From a virus: a DNA stretch of 64,000 nt. The DNA lies in the IMG/VR virus record IMGVR_UViG_3300040751_002535; one strand, 5' to 3'. The position numbers and the translations under genes are program-made. The notes beneath the pieces are model-generated. The model saw only the letters and a program-made list of their open reading frames with translations, did not search any database and had not been told where the DNA came from. This document shows, one piece after another, positions 30,882-40,894 of the stretch. Numbering within the stretch: the stretch's first letter is position 1; each line of letters starts with the position of its first letter.

Positions 30882-31370
30882 ATGGGCATGAAACTTGCAG
30901 GAGTAATGTTTTTAGTGATGTGTATTATGGGTGGCATAGGCTACTGGTATTACAATGACACACAGGAACGTATGGCCATACTACAAGAAAACAATGCTAA
31001 ACTTGAAATAGCTGTAGAAACAAACGAAGCAGCATTAGAAAGTTTGCAAACAAGTTATGCAAGTGCCCAAGCAGAAAATACTAGATTGAATGATGCATAT
31101 GCAAGTATACGCAGACAGAATCAAGCACTAGCAGACAAACTACAACAGATTGATTTAACAGCAGCAGCAATAGCAAATGCGGAAGGCATTGAACGTGCTG
31201 TAAACAGAGGCACTGAAAATGCAGGTAGATGTTTTGAACTTCTATCAGGAGCAGAACTAACGGACAAAGAAAGGAACGCAGAAAATGACATCGCTTTTAA
31301 CAAAGAGTGTCCTTGGCTTTACGATACTTATAAGTCTCGCGGCTTGCTCAACGAAGCCACAGGTAATTGA
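30882..31370 (+). CDS. i-spanin (Rz-like)
   Basis: N-terminal TM helix plus long coiled coil, follows endolysin. Confidence 0.7.
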   Translation: MGMKLAGVMFLVMCIMGGIGYWYYNDTQERMAILQENNAKLEIAVETNEAALESLQTSYASAQAENTRLNDAYASIRRQNQALADKLQQIDLTAAAIANAEGIERAVNRGTENAGRCFELLSGAELTDKERNAENDIAFNKECPWLYDTYKSRGLLNEATGN

Positions 31371-31674
31371 AATAAGTGCAAAACCGATTGAAAAACCTAC
31401 ACTAACTCTGCCTCCTGTTGACGAACTAAACATGCGCAAACTAGAGTGGATTGTTATCAACGAAGCAAATGTTGATACTGTAATAGCAAGGCTTGCAGCA
31501 AGTGGAAAGCCGTTTGCTATATACGGATTAAGTGGTGACGGGTACGGAGACTTAGGGCTAAACTTTAGTGATATTCGTGCATTAGTACAGCAACAGCAAG
31601 CAATCATAGCAGCATACGAAGGTTATTATGAACAGGCTGAACAAGCAATGGATAATGCTGTTGTAAACGAATAA
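31285..31674 (+). CDS. o-spanin lipoprotein (Rz1-like)
   Basis: lipobox LAAC, Pro-rich segment, overlaps i-spanin 3' end in another frame. Confidence 0.7.
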   Translation: MTSLLTKSVLGFTILISLAACSTKPQVIEISAKPIEKPTLTLPPVDELNMRKLEWIVINEANVDTVIARLAASGKPFAIYGLSGDGYGDLGLNFSDIRALVQQQQAIIAAYEGYYEQAEQAMDNAVVNE

Positions 31675-31701
31675 ATACACACATAATAAGAGGGCTTTTA
31701 T

Positions 31702-32013
31702 ATGTGGGAAATGATACAAAACATGGCGGGAGATCGCACATGGATTTATACTAGTATAGCAGGCAGTATTTTGGGCGCCGTAGTACTAGCATATTTAAGT
31801 ACAACAAGAATAGGATTATGGGGCTACGCTAAGTTTGACTTAGCTGTAGACTATCTTGTTGAGCGTTGGGGTCTTACATGGCTCGAACAACCAGAGGATG
31901 CATGGAGAAAAAAGTATCCTAAAATCACGGCAAAAATAGACGATCTAGAGAGCAGATTACAAAAATTGGAGGGTAACAATGCCACGAAGAAAACCGGAAG
32001 AACTAAAAAGTAA
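31702..32013 (+). CDS. membrane protein (holin/antiholin candidate)
   Basis: one TM helix; ATAAATA late promoter at 31671. Confidence 0.55.
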   Translation: MWEMIQNMAGDRTWIYTSIAGSILGAVVLAYLSTTRIGLWGYAKFDLAVDYLVERWGLTWLEQPEDAWRKKYPKITAKIDDLESRLQKLEGNNATKKTGRTKK

Positions 32014-32434
32014 GTCAACACCAGCACCTGCGGCAAAAGTAGAACCAGTTAGTTCTGCGCCAGCAAAACCATCAGTTGCTGCAACTCCAGCACCTGTGGC
32101 TGCAACTCCAGTAGTTGCTTCTCAACCATCTGCATTTCATCCTGCAGATATAAACGGCGATGGGCATATTGACGAAGAAGAAAAACGAATGGAACTTGAG
32201 TTTAGACGCAAGGCATTAGAAGATGCAGATGCCATGCGTGACGCACAGCGTAACATGACTTGGTTTGCATTGTTTGGACTATTGCTGTATCCATTTGCAG
32301 TTGTAGGCGCTTCGTTAGCAGGTTTAGATGAAGCACAAAAAACACTAGGATCAATGGCTCCAACATATTTTGTTGCTGTTGCTGGTATTGTTGCTGCGTT
32401 TTTTGGCGCACAAGCATATACTAAGAAAAAATAA
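31979..32434 (+). CDS. holin-like membrane protein with EF-hand-like loop
   Basis: DINGDGHIDEEE loop, then two TM helices and a basic tail. Confidence 0.55.
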   Translation: MPRRKPEELKSKSTPAPAAKVEPVSSAPAKPSVAATPAPVAATPVVASQPSAFHPADINGDGHIDEEEKRMELEFRRKALEDADAMRDAQRNMTWFALFGLLLYPFAVVGASLAGLDEAQKTLGSMAPTYFVAVAGIVAAFFGAQAYTKKK

Positions 32435-32477
32435 TCACTACTAACTAACCTTAATAGTCTGTGCGATAAGTATTTGC

Positions 32478-33284
32478 ATGGACTATTATAATATACTAGG
32501 TGTTAATAAACAAGCAAGTCAGGATGAAATCAAAAAAGCATACCGCAAGTCTGCTATGGCTAATCATCCTGACCGCAATGGCGGTGATGATACACAGTTT
32601 AAACGCATTAATGAAGCATACGAAACATTAAAAGATCCTAGCAAAAGACAACAATACGATAATCCTCGGCCACAAGCAGACATTAATATGAATTCACAAA
32701 ATATGAATGACATATTTGGTCAGTTCTTTAGACAAGCACAAAGGCCACGTAAAAATCAAGACGTTACAATAAATGTAAGAATTACCTTAAATGATGTAAT
32801 GACAGGTAAAGATATTGTTGGAAGATACAGACTTGGCACAGGCAGAGAAGAGATTGCAACTATACGATTGCCACCAGGTATTGAAAGCGGAATAATAATG
32901 CGTTATCAAGGACTAGGTGATGATTCAATTCGTCAACTTCCAAGAGGCGATTTAAACGTACAAATAATCGTAGAAAATCATCCAGATTTTATAAGAGATA
33001 GGTCGCATATTCGAACAAAGTGTAGTATAAATGTATTACAACTAATATTAGGTACAAATGTTATAATAACCGATTTGGCAGGAAAAGATGTAAATGTAAA
33101 AATACCAGCTGGCACAAATCCTGGAACCATAATGAGTATTGCAGGACATGGGTTACCTGATATAAATGGCCGTAGAAACGGTAATATGTATTTAGAAATA
33201 AAAGGAACTACTCCCAAAATAGAAGATTGGGAAACACTAGACACAATAAGGAAAATAAATGATGGAACTAGTACTGGCACCTGA
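32478..33284 (+). CDS. dnaJ: DnaJ/CbpA-like co-chaperone
   Basis: J domain with HPD, C-terminal DnaJ domain, no Zn finger. Confidence 0.9.
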   Translation: MDYYNILGVNKQASQDEIKKAYRKSAMANHPDRNGGDDTQFKRINEAYETLKDPSKRQQYDNPRPQADINMNSQNMNDIFGQFFRQAQRPRKNQDVTINVRITLNDVMTGKDIVGRYRLGTGREEIATIRLPPGIESGIIMRYQGLGDDSIRQLPRGDLNVQIIVENHPDFIRDRSHIRTKCSINVLQLILGTNVIITDLAGKDVNVKIPAGTNPGTIMSIAGHGLPDINGRRNGNMYLEIKGTTPKIEDWETLDTIRKINDGTSTGT

Positions 33285-33783
33285 TGGTAGACTAGAAACA
33301 AAACTTGAAAGATTTGATTTTGAACTGATGCATCCTGCGCCTGTTGCAGTAGATATGATTGAACTAATGAACAAACACAGCGGATTGGGATTAAGTGCAA
33401 ACCAAGTTGGGTTTCCTATGCAGATCTTTGTAATGAAGGCATTACTAAACAAAAAACACGGAGATCCTGTTGTTGTAATGAATCCTATTATCAAAGGACT
33501 GAGTGAAGAAATCGAAGCAGGTGTTGAAGGATGTTTAAGTCATCCAGATTTAATATTAAAAGTAAGACGGCCAGTTAGTGTAATGGTCGAATTTGATACC
33601 TTGACATCTGACCTAAAGGATGTTATACATATAGAAGCAAAGTACGACGATATCGATGCACGAATATTTCTACACGAATATGATCATTTGTATGGTATTC
33701 AGTTTATTGATAGAGTCAGCAAACTAAAACTAGACATGGCAGAAAAAAAGCGTCTAAAAAAAGGAAAAAAAGTTAATGGTTGA
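33259..33783 (+). CDS. def: peptide deformylase
   Basis: GLGLSANQVG, EGCLS, HEYDHLYG. Confidence 0.93.
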   Translation: MMELVLAPDGRLETKLERFDFELMHPAPVAVDMIELMNKHSGLGLSANQVGFPMQIFVMKALLNKKHGDPVVVMNPIIKGLSEEIEAGVEGCLSHPDLILKVRRPVSVMVEFDTLTSDLKDVIHIEAKYDDIDARIFLHEYDHLYGIQFIDRVSKLKLDMAEKKRLKKGKKVNG

Positions 33784-36019
33784 ACCATCAAAAGAGTTAC
33801 AGGCAGTGTTTGATAAAGCAGTTAACGATGCTAAGAAACTTCAGCACGAATATATTACATTAGAACATTTACTATTTGCTATGCTCTGCGAAGAAACATT
33901 CGGAACCTTGATATCAGGTTATGGTGCAGACGCTGATCATATGCGTAAAGAACTAGAAAACTATTTAAAAACACATCTAAATGATATTAAGATTGAAGAA
34001 AAGAAATATAAACCAAAGAAAACTACCACAGTAGAACGTGTTTTAAATCGTGCATTTACACAAGTACTTTTCCAAGGCAGAAACGATATTACTATTGCTG
34101 ATGTGTTTATCAGTATCTTGACTGAAAAGAAAAGTTGGGCATACTTTATTACACAAAAAGTTGGCATTGACAAAGAAAAGTTTCAGAACTATATTAGTGC
34201 AGAAACAGAAATATATGATAACCAAGACGAAAACGAAAACAAAGGCATTGCTAACAAAGCACTACGAGATTTTACTACAGATCTAAATCAACAAGTTAGT
34301 ATGAATAAGATTGATCCAGTGATTGGTAGAGATGAAGAAATCGAACAAGTTGCTCTTGCATTAGGACGCCGTACAAAATCAAATGTTCTTATTGTTGGTG
34401 ATCCAGGTGTTGGTAAAACTGCTATTGCAGAAGGTCTTGCTTATCAGATTGTTAACGGAAATGTACCAGAGTTTCTAAAAGAATACCGAGTGTTTAGTTT
34501 AGACATTGGCGCTATGCTTGCTGGATCAAAATATCGCGGCGACTTTGAAGAACGTTTTAAAATGGTACTTGCAGGGTTAAAAGGCAAAGGCAAAACTATT
34601 ATGTTTATTGACGAAGCACACATGATTAGTGGTGCGGGCGCAGGCGGCAGTGGTGGATCGAATGATTTGGCTAATATGTTAAAACCTGCACTTGCAAAAG
34701 GAAACATCAATGTTGTTGCTTCAACTACTTGGGAAGAATATCGCAAGTTCTTTGAAAAGGATCGGGCTCTTATGCGCCGATTCCAGAGAGTAAGTGTTGA
34801 CGAACCGGATAGAGAAACTACACTAAAAATCCTTGAAGGTATTAAAATATACTACGAAGAGTTTCATAGTGTTGATATTCAACAGGAGGCACTTGAAGCA
34901 GCAGTTGATTTAAGTATGAAATATCAAAACGATAAAAAACTTCCTGACAAAGCTATTGATTTGATTGACGTAGCATGTGCAAGATTTAAAGTACGTGATA
35001 TTACTGAAGACAAAGTTGTAACCAAAGATAGTGTTCAGTTTGAACTTGCAAAAATGATTAAACTTCCTGAAGAACAAATAAAAGAGCGTGAAAGTGAAAA
35101 TCTTGCACACTTGGAAGATAACTTGAAAAAGGTAGTGTACGGACAAGACAAAGCAATCGACGATATTGTTGACAAAATACTTGTAAGTCAAGCAGGACTT
35201 AAAAGTGACAACAAACCAGTAGGATCTTTTGTGTTTATGGGTCCAACAGGTGTAGGTAAAACTGAACTTGCCAAACAACTTAGCAACCAACTCGGTGTAA
35301 AACTTGTACGTTTTGATATGAGTGAATATCAAGAAAAACATAGTATTAGTAAACTAATCGGATCACCTCCAGGATATGTTGGATACGAAGACAATGCCGG
35401 CGGTTTATTGATTGATAAGATTCAAGAGAATCCTAACTGTGTGTTGCTATTGGACGAGATTGAAAAAGCACATCCAGATGTAAGTAGCGTACTACTACAG
35501 ATTATGGACAATGGCAAGATTACAGGATCTAATGGTAAAGAAGCAGATGCACGTAACTGTACACTGATTCTTACTACCAACTTGGGTGCGCAAGAGGCAG
35601 AAAAGAATACTATTGGATTTAGTGACAGTATGGAAAAAGATTATGACGATGTCGATCTTAAAAAGTTCTTTACTCCAGAGTTTAGAAATAGACTAGATGG
35701 TGTTATTACGTTTGGCAAACTCAGCAAAGAAGTCATGCTGAAGATTGTTGGCAAGTTTCTTGTTGAACTTAAAACACAAGTACAGAAAAAAGATATTGCT
35801 ATTAACATCACAGATGATGCTCTTGATTATCTTGTAGACAAAGGATTTGATCCTAAGATGGGTGCTCGTCCGTTACAACGTGTTATTGACAACGAAATCA
35901 AACGTCCACTTAGTCGTCAAATGTTGTTTGGTGATCTAAAAGCTGGTGGCAGTGTTACTATTGATTATCGAGAGAAAGAAATCAAACTCGATTGTGAAAT
36001 AGAATATGAGACTGTATGA
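33776..36019 (+). CDS. clpA: ATP-dependent Clp protease ATP-binding subunit
   Basis: Clp N domain, two AAA modules (GDPGVGKT, GPTGVGKT), IGF ClpP-docking loop, no ClpB middle domain. Confidence 0.92.
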   Translation: MVEPSKELQAVFDKAVNDAKKLQHEYITLEHLLFAMLCEETFGTLISGYGADADHMRKELENYLKTHLNDIKIEEKKYKPKKTTTVERVLNRAFTQVLFQGRNDITIADVFISILTEKKSWAYFITQKVGIDKEKFQNYISAETEIYDNQDENENKGIANKALRDFTTDLNQQVSMNKIDPVIGRDEEIEQVALALGRRTKSNVLIVGDPGVGKTAIAEGLAYQIVNGNVPEFLKEYRVFSLDIGAMLAGSKYRGDFEERFKMVLAGLKGKGKTIMFIDEAHMISGAGAGGSGGSNDLANMLKPALAKGNINVVASTTWEEYRKFFEKDRALMRRFQRVSVDEPDRETTLKILEGIKIYYEEFHSVDIQQEALEAAVDLSMKYQNDKKLPDKAIDLIDVACARFKVRDITEDKVVTKDSVQFELAKMIKLPEEQIKERESENLAHLEDNLKKVVYGQDKAIDDIVDKILVSQAGLKSDNKPVGSFVFMGPTGVGKTELAKQLSNQLGVKLVRFDMSEYQEKHSISKLIGSPPGYVGYEDNAGGLLIDKIQENPNCVLLLDEIEKAHPDVSSVLLQIMDNGKITGSNGKEADARNCTLILTTNLGAQEAEKNTIGFSDSMEKDYDDVDLKKFFTPEFRNRLDGVITFGKLSKEVMLKIVGKFLVELKTQVQKKDIAINITDDALDYLVDKGFDPKMGARPLQRVIDNEIKRPLSRQMLFGDLKAGGSVTIDYREKEIKLDCEIEYETV

Positions 36020-36698
36020 AACTAAAAAACTACACTATGGCAAGTACTTTTATAAACTTGCCATAGTGAACTGTTGTGCAAGTTATTTTAGAACAGAGTT
36101 TCAAACAGACGGAAGTTTAAAATATGCTAGACGCAAACTTGATGAAGTTAACAAACATTATGTTCCTTCAAATTACGATTGGAAGGTTGAAATACCATTA
36201 ACAACAACCTACAACGATGTTATTCCTGTTGAGCATTTTTGGGATGCTATTGATATTTACAGACATTTACTCAAGCACACTGATTATAAAGTAAGATGCG
36301 GATTTAATCAGTTATTAATATACAGTAACAATCGAAAAATGTTAGTAGACTTAGGAAACAAACTTAGACAAAAATACACTGAGTTTTGGGAACCAAATCC
36401 TGAAACCATACAAACACTGAGTTCTGAAAAGAATGCTATTATAGTAAACAAACCTCCTCAGTATGAATACAAAGTTACTCTTGGAAATAAAAAAGGTGTT
36501 GCAGCACTTGCCAAATGGATAGAACACAATCCAAAACTTGCATCAATGGGTACAAGAGCACGTGAAAGTTGTAAAAATGAAGATTACGTATATGGATATT
36601 ATTTTCATGTTAGAGATCTCAAAACACTGTTGATAATACAAATGATAGCTGGTGATAACATACAACGCATAGATAAATTTGTTTATATCAAACAATAG
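36006..36698 (+). CDS. hypothetical protein
   Basis: 230 aa ORF overlapping clpA stop. Confidence 0.7.
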   Translation: MRLYETKKLHYGKYFYKLAIVNCCASYFRTEFQTDGSLKYARRKLDEVNKHYVPSNYDWKVEIPLTTTYNDVIPVEHFWDAIDIYRHLLKHTDYKVRCGFNQLLIYSNNRKMLVDLGNKLRQKYTEFWEPNPETIQTLSSEKNAIIVNKPPQYEYKVTLGNKKGVAALAKWIEHNPKLASMGTRARESCKNEDYVYGYYFHVRDLKTLLIIQMIAGDNIQRIDKFVYIKQ

Positions 36699-36709
36699 AT
36701 AAATACAAT

Positions 36710-37075
36710 ATGGCGAGTTCAAGTGAAATAATTTTATCAAATCAAGTTCATCCAGGAGACAGTACAACTGAAACTGTTACCGGCGACGACTTCAAAGGGG
36801 ATGGTTACTACGGACGTAGTGACGGGTTCCATACTGTTCAATATAGTCTCGATGGCTTTATTGGTACATTGGTTATACAAGCAACATTAGCAGTAGAACC
36901 AACTAGTAGTGATTGGTTTACATTAACCGAAACAACACATACTAGTGCAAATGACAGTAGTGACAACGCAGATGGCGGATTTTTATACAACTTCACAGGA
37001 AACTATGTGTGGGTACGTGCATATATCAGTAACTGGACTGATGGAACAGTATCAAACATATTATTAAATCATTAA
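36710..37075 (+). CDS. probable virion structural protein
   Basis: beta-rich; ATAAATA 4 nt before ATG. Confidence 0.65.
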   Translation: MASSSEIILSNQVHPGDSTTETVTGDDFKGDGYYGRSDGFHTVQYSLDGFIGTLVIQATLAVEPTSSDWFTLTETTHTSANDSSDNADGGFLYNFTGNYVWVRAYISNWTDGTVSNILLNH

Positions 37076-37084
37076 GGTAGACAC

Positions 37085-39436
37085 ATGAAACATTTTATTA
37101 GTATAGTAATAGACAACGATGGAATAAACGAAAGCAGAGATTTTGTTTTAGACACTGTCTTAAATACAGCTAACATTGGATTATTAGAAAATACAATGGA
37201 ATATGAAATATACGAAAGTGAAAATAACACACAAGTATTGAGTATTCCTATCGCACGTGAACTAAACGAAAAACAACAAGCATACCTTGCAAAAAAACTT
37301 GCCAACAAACTATTTGACAAAGGTTATAATAACTTTGATATTGAATTCAGCATTAATGAAGCAGCACTCAATGAAGCAGCACCAACTACATTTACTCCAA
37401 CACACTACGGTGGACCAGGTGGCCTTAACAATGTTATGCTGCACACAGATGGCAATCTTTATTTTAATGGCCCTGAAGGCATTACAAGATGGAATGGTAA
37501 TCCAAGCGGCGAAGGTATTCTTGGTAGATGGAACCCTGCAACTATTAAAGGTACAATAGTTAATGGACAAAGAGTTCCGTATCCAGCAGGAACAAACTTT
37601 AATAATGCACCAAGAGCAGCGGCACCAGCAGCAGCAGCGCCAGCATCAAGAGTTTCAAATACTACACCAACTGGCGGCTTGTTGCGTAGAGGAAATAGAG
37701 GCGAAGAAGTCAAACAACTACAACGTGATTTAGGAATGACTGGCGACGAGATCGACGGTATATTTGGTCCAGCAACAGAACGTGCTGTGAGAACATTCCA
37801 ACAAAACAGCGGTGCAAAAGTTGACGGTCTTGTAGGTCCAGAAACTCGAGCAATGATACAAAAGTATCAAGCACCAGAAGATAATAGTGCTCCTGCACAA
37901 ACTCCACCTGCGGCAACGGATGATGCAGCAGCAGTAGAACCAGAAGCAGATGCAGTAGAACCAGAAGCAGATGCAGTAGAACCAATAGACGGTGGCATTG
38001 CTCCAGGAACTACAGCAGGTGGGCCAAGCCAACTTCGACAGCGCCAAGTACCAGGTAGTGCAACAGATGATGGTGGCTTAGGTCAAAGGCCAGCTCCGGG
38101 TGCAAGTCAAGCAGATGAAGTGCCAGATACAGCAGCAGATGAAGTGCCAGATACAGCAGCAGATGAGATTGTTGTAACAACAGATAATCAAGCTAACAGT
38201 ATTTTTCTAAATCCAGATTCAACTGAGGCTGAAAGACAAGCAGCAAGAAGATATTATGGTGCAACAGATGAGCCAGTAAGACAATATTCCGATATTGGTA
38301 CAGCAATGATTAGCAGAGCAGAAGTACAACCAGGTGACCAAGTTGTAATCGATGGCGAAGAAGCAACTGTTGTTACCAACGATAACGAAGAAAAATATTA
38401 TGTTGATCCAAATGGTCAACCCATTGGTGAATTGCCACAGCCAGATGTTCAAACAACAGTAACCAGCCCTGGTGGCGATACATCCGGTGGTGATTCGGGT
38501 GTTAATAATAATGCAACAACTGATCCAGAAGTAAATCAAACACCACCAAGTGCATTAGCACAGCCTGATGCAGACGACGATACACCAAGTATAACTGATG
38601 AGCCTGCTAATAGAGATGCCGCAGAAGTTTTACGTCAACAGGAACAATGGCGAGAAAAGTATGGCGATAGAACTACAGGCAGAGACGGGTTGCCAAATCA
38701 ATATGTACAAGTTGTAGATGCAGCCCTAGATGAAATAAGTACAGAAACTGCTCAAAAACTAGCAGATGAATCTGTTGGTGCTCCGCCTGCGATTGCAAGG
38801 ACAGTTCTTAGAAATCTTAATACAACGTTTGGCAACAGTGATAATGATTCTAATGTAGTTGACGATTTGCTGCAAATGGCACAAGAAGTTGAACAAGAAG
38901 ATCAAGATCAAGCCGCAGCATTGACTACATTATCTGATCTTGCAAAAACACTAGATAGAATAGCAAATCCTGATCAAAACAACGAAAGTGTTGAACCAAT
39001 GCCCAAAGGTGCATTTATGGTTGAGGATCGTGCTATATGGCGTTCGCTGTATGAAAGCACACACTACACAAACGGCAAGCCTCGTCCACGTACCTTTATT
39101 ACAGAAAGCAAAATGCAAGAAGTTACATTTGATGACGATGACAAGTTCTTTGAAAACTACGGGGTGATGTGGTTCAATGAAGATGAAATGATCGACGAAG
39201 CAGAGTACCAAGGACGTACTGTCAAGCTAGGCAAGCCCATGGCGGGCGATGTTAAGAAGTTTAAGGTATATGTAAAGAATCCCAAAGGCAATGTAGTCAA
39301 AGTTAACTTTGGACAAAAAGGCGCAAGAATTAAAAAAGGTAATCCAGAACGTAGACGCAGTTTCCGTGCAAGACACAACTGTGATAATCCTGGACCAAGG
39401 CATAAAGCAAGATATTGGAGTTGTAGAAAATGGTAA
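37085..39436 (+). CDS. mosaic head-associated protein with peptidoglycan-binding domain and basic C-terminal domain
   Basis: LRRGNRGEEVKQLQ...DGIFGPATERAVRTFQ; acidic repeats; KVNFG...SFRARHNC...ARYWSC tail. Confidence 0.75.
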   Translation: MKHFISIVIDNDGINESRDFVLDTVLNTANIGLLENTMEYEIYESENNTQVLSIPIARELNEKQQAYLAKKLANKLFDKGYNNFDIEFSINEAALNEAAPTTFTPTHYGGPGGLNNVMLHTDGNLYFNGPEGITRWNGNPSGEGILGRWNPATIKGTIVNGQRVPYPAGTNFNNAPRAAAPAAAAPASRVSNTTPTGGLLRRGNRGEEVKQLQRDLGMTGDEIDGIFGPATERAVRTFQQNSGAKVDGLVGPETRAMIQKYQAPEDNSAPAQTPPAATDDAAAVEPEADAVEPEADAVEPIDGGIAPGTTAGGPSQLRQRQVPGSATDDGGLGQRPAPGASQADEVPDTAADEVPDTAADEIVVTTDNQANSIFLNPDSTEAERQAARRYYGATDEPVRQYSDIGTAMISRAEVQPGDQVVIDGEEATVVTNDNEEKYYVDPNGQPIGELPQPDVQTTVTSPGGDTSGGDSGVNNNATTDPEVNQTPPSALAQPDADDDTPSITDEPANRDAAEVLRQQEQWREKYGDRTTGRDGLPNQYVQVVDAALDEISTETAQKLADESVGAPPAIARTVLRNLNTTFGNSDNDSNVVDDLLQMAQEVEQEDQDQAAALTTLSDLAKTLDRIANPDQNNESVEPMPKGAFMVEDRAIWRSLYESTHYTNGKPRPRTFITESKMQEVTFDDDDKFFENYGVMWFNEDEMIDEAEYQGRTVKLGKPMAGDVKKFKVYVKNPKGNVVKVNFGQKGARIKKGNPERRRSFRARHNCDNPGPRHKARYWSCRKW
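37931..37984 (+). repeat. 21-nt tandem repeat (~2.6 copies; AVEPEAD)
   Basis: GCAGTAGAACCAGAAGCAGAT units. Confidence 0.9.
38111..38166 (+). repeat. 24-nt tandem repeat (~2.3 copies; ADEVPDTA)
   Basis: GCAGATGAAGTGCCAGATACAGCA units. Confidence 0.9.
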
Positions 39437-39567
39437 AATCAGAAGCACAGTTAATAAGAGAGTTAGGCGATCGTCTTTCAAAAATTAATCCGGTCGACGA
39501 AAGTGCAGAAGATAATACTCCTGCAAGACCTTTTTATGTAAAAGTAGAAAAATCTAAAGAGAAGTAA
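39430..39567 (+). CDS. 45 aa hypothetical protein (not in ORF track)
   Basis: fills the gap exactly between neighbours. Confidence 0.5.
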   Translation: MVKSEAQLIRELGDRLSKINPVDESAEDNTPARPFYVKVEKSKEK

Positions 39568-39568
39568 T

Positions 39569-39961
39569 ATGAAAATAAACGAATTTCACGATATGGATAT
39601 ACCAGATGAGATTGTTCCAAAGCCTGACTATGATGTAGCCGCAGACTTACTAATCTTTATGCGTAACGATCCTATGTTTTATAGAAAAACATTTTTCCCA
39701 GCGGTAGAAACATACAAAGAAAATGACAAGGATACTTCGCCTATTGAAAATATGATCAAGGGCGGATTAGGACAGTATTGTCAAAAGTTTAATATTCTCA
39801 ACCCAACAGACGAACTAATGGGCGAAGGTGATATACAAGAACTTGCATTAAAAATAATACAAGATGAAATGGAAGACATTTCTGAAGGTAGAAGTCCTCA
39901 TAAAAAAGGTACTAAAAAGTACAAGAAGCACATGGCAGCTATCCACGCTAACGGAGGCTAA
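39569..39961 (+). CDS. putative head-internal protein
   Basis: MKINEF N-terminus; basic C-terminal peptide after ISE. Confidence 0.65.
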   Translation: MKINEFHDMDIPDEIVPKPDYDVAADLLIFMRNDPMFYRKTFFPAVETYKENDKDTSPIENMIKGGLGQYCQKFNILNPTDELMGEGDIQELALKIIQDEMEDISEGRSPHKKGTKKYKKHMAAIHANGG

Positions 39962-39962
39962 C

Positions 39963-40169
39963 ATGGATATCAAAGACTTACAGCACCTAGCAGGCATACG
40001 CAACAAGTTTACAGGGTTCACTCCGTATGTTCCAGAAAACATGAGTATCACTGGCACTGAAAAGTCTAAGATTCAACGTAAAAAGAAAATACAACCTGGC
40101 ACTGAAGAATGGTTTAAACTATGGTTTAGTCAGCCACACCTAACAGGAGAGAAGCCAGTTGAGGATTGA
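39963..40169 (+). CDS. hypothetical protein
   Basis: GGAGG RBS; LQHLAGI, IQPGTEEWFKLWF. Confidence 0.65.
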   Translation: MDIKDLQHLAGIRNKFTGFTPYVPENMSITGTEKSKIQRKKKIQPGTEEWFKLWFSQPHLTGEKPVED

Positions 40170-40695
40170 ACATTTAGACGAAGGTGTCGGACGCATTATA
40201 CAAGGTGTAAACACTACGCCCGATGTCGGAGTGAATCAAACACGTATTGAAGCAGCAAAGTTCGGAAACAAAGTAGACAAAGATGGACGTCCTCCTACCT
40301 TAAGTAGTGCTGTTAAAGGCAGTAGCACAAATGTTTTATTTAACTTAGGACTTACTGAAGGTATAAAACTACGTTTAGAACGTGACAAAGACATAGATGT
40401 ATTGCATATTATGGACACCAATGACAAGCAACGTATTGAAGTGCGTGGTAAAAAAGGTTACGAAACCGGCGGCTATGATTCAAAGGATAAACTACACCAA
40501 GTATTAGACCGTGTGGGCAAAGCTGCTAATATAAGTGAACTTATGAACGGTGAAGTAGTAAGTATCAATCCTAACCATCCACAAGGCACTAGAGCAATAC
40601 GCACAGCACGAGATGTGTTACAAACCGAGCAAAAAAAATACACAGCGTATGAATGGGCTCTTATCGAAGGAGGACATAGTTTAGATGAGATTTAG
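40159..40695 (+). CDS. putative head-internal protein
   Basis: MRIEHLDE N-terminus (TTG start). Confidence 0.65.
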   Translation: MRIEHLDEGVGRIIQGVNTTPDVGVNQTRIEAAKFGNKVDKDGRPPTLSSAVKGSSTNVLFNLGLTEGIKLRLERDKDIDVLHIMDTNDKQRIEVRGKKGYETGGYDSKDKLHQVLDRVGKAANISELMNGEVVSINPNHPQGTRAIRTARDVLQTEQKKYTAYEWALIEGGHSLDEI

Positions 40696-40894
40696 AGAAA
40701 TCATAGAAAACTTTGCTGATGGTAAGAAAAAAGGCAAAAGCAGACCAGGGCGTGTAAAAAAGTCAGGTGCTAGTTGCAATGGCAGTGTAACAGACTTACG
40801 CAAACGTGCTAAGAAAGCCAGTGGCGAAAAGGCTAAGATGTATCATTGGTGTGCTAATATGAAAAGCGGTCGTAAGAAAAAGAAGAAGAAATAA
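40685..40894 (+). CDS. small basic putative head-internal protein
   Basis: MRFREIIE, Lys/Arg-rich. Confidence 0.7.
   Translation: MRFREIIENFADGKKKGKSRPGRVKKSGASCNGSVTDLRKRAKKASGEKAKMYHWCANMKSGRKKKKKK

Noticed and set aside
37931-38166. Short direct repeats as a CRISPR array
   Set aside because: They are adjacent in-frame coding repeats with no spacers, and no cas genes are visible.
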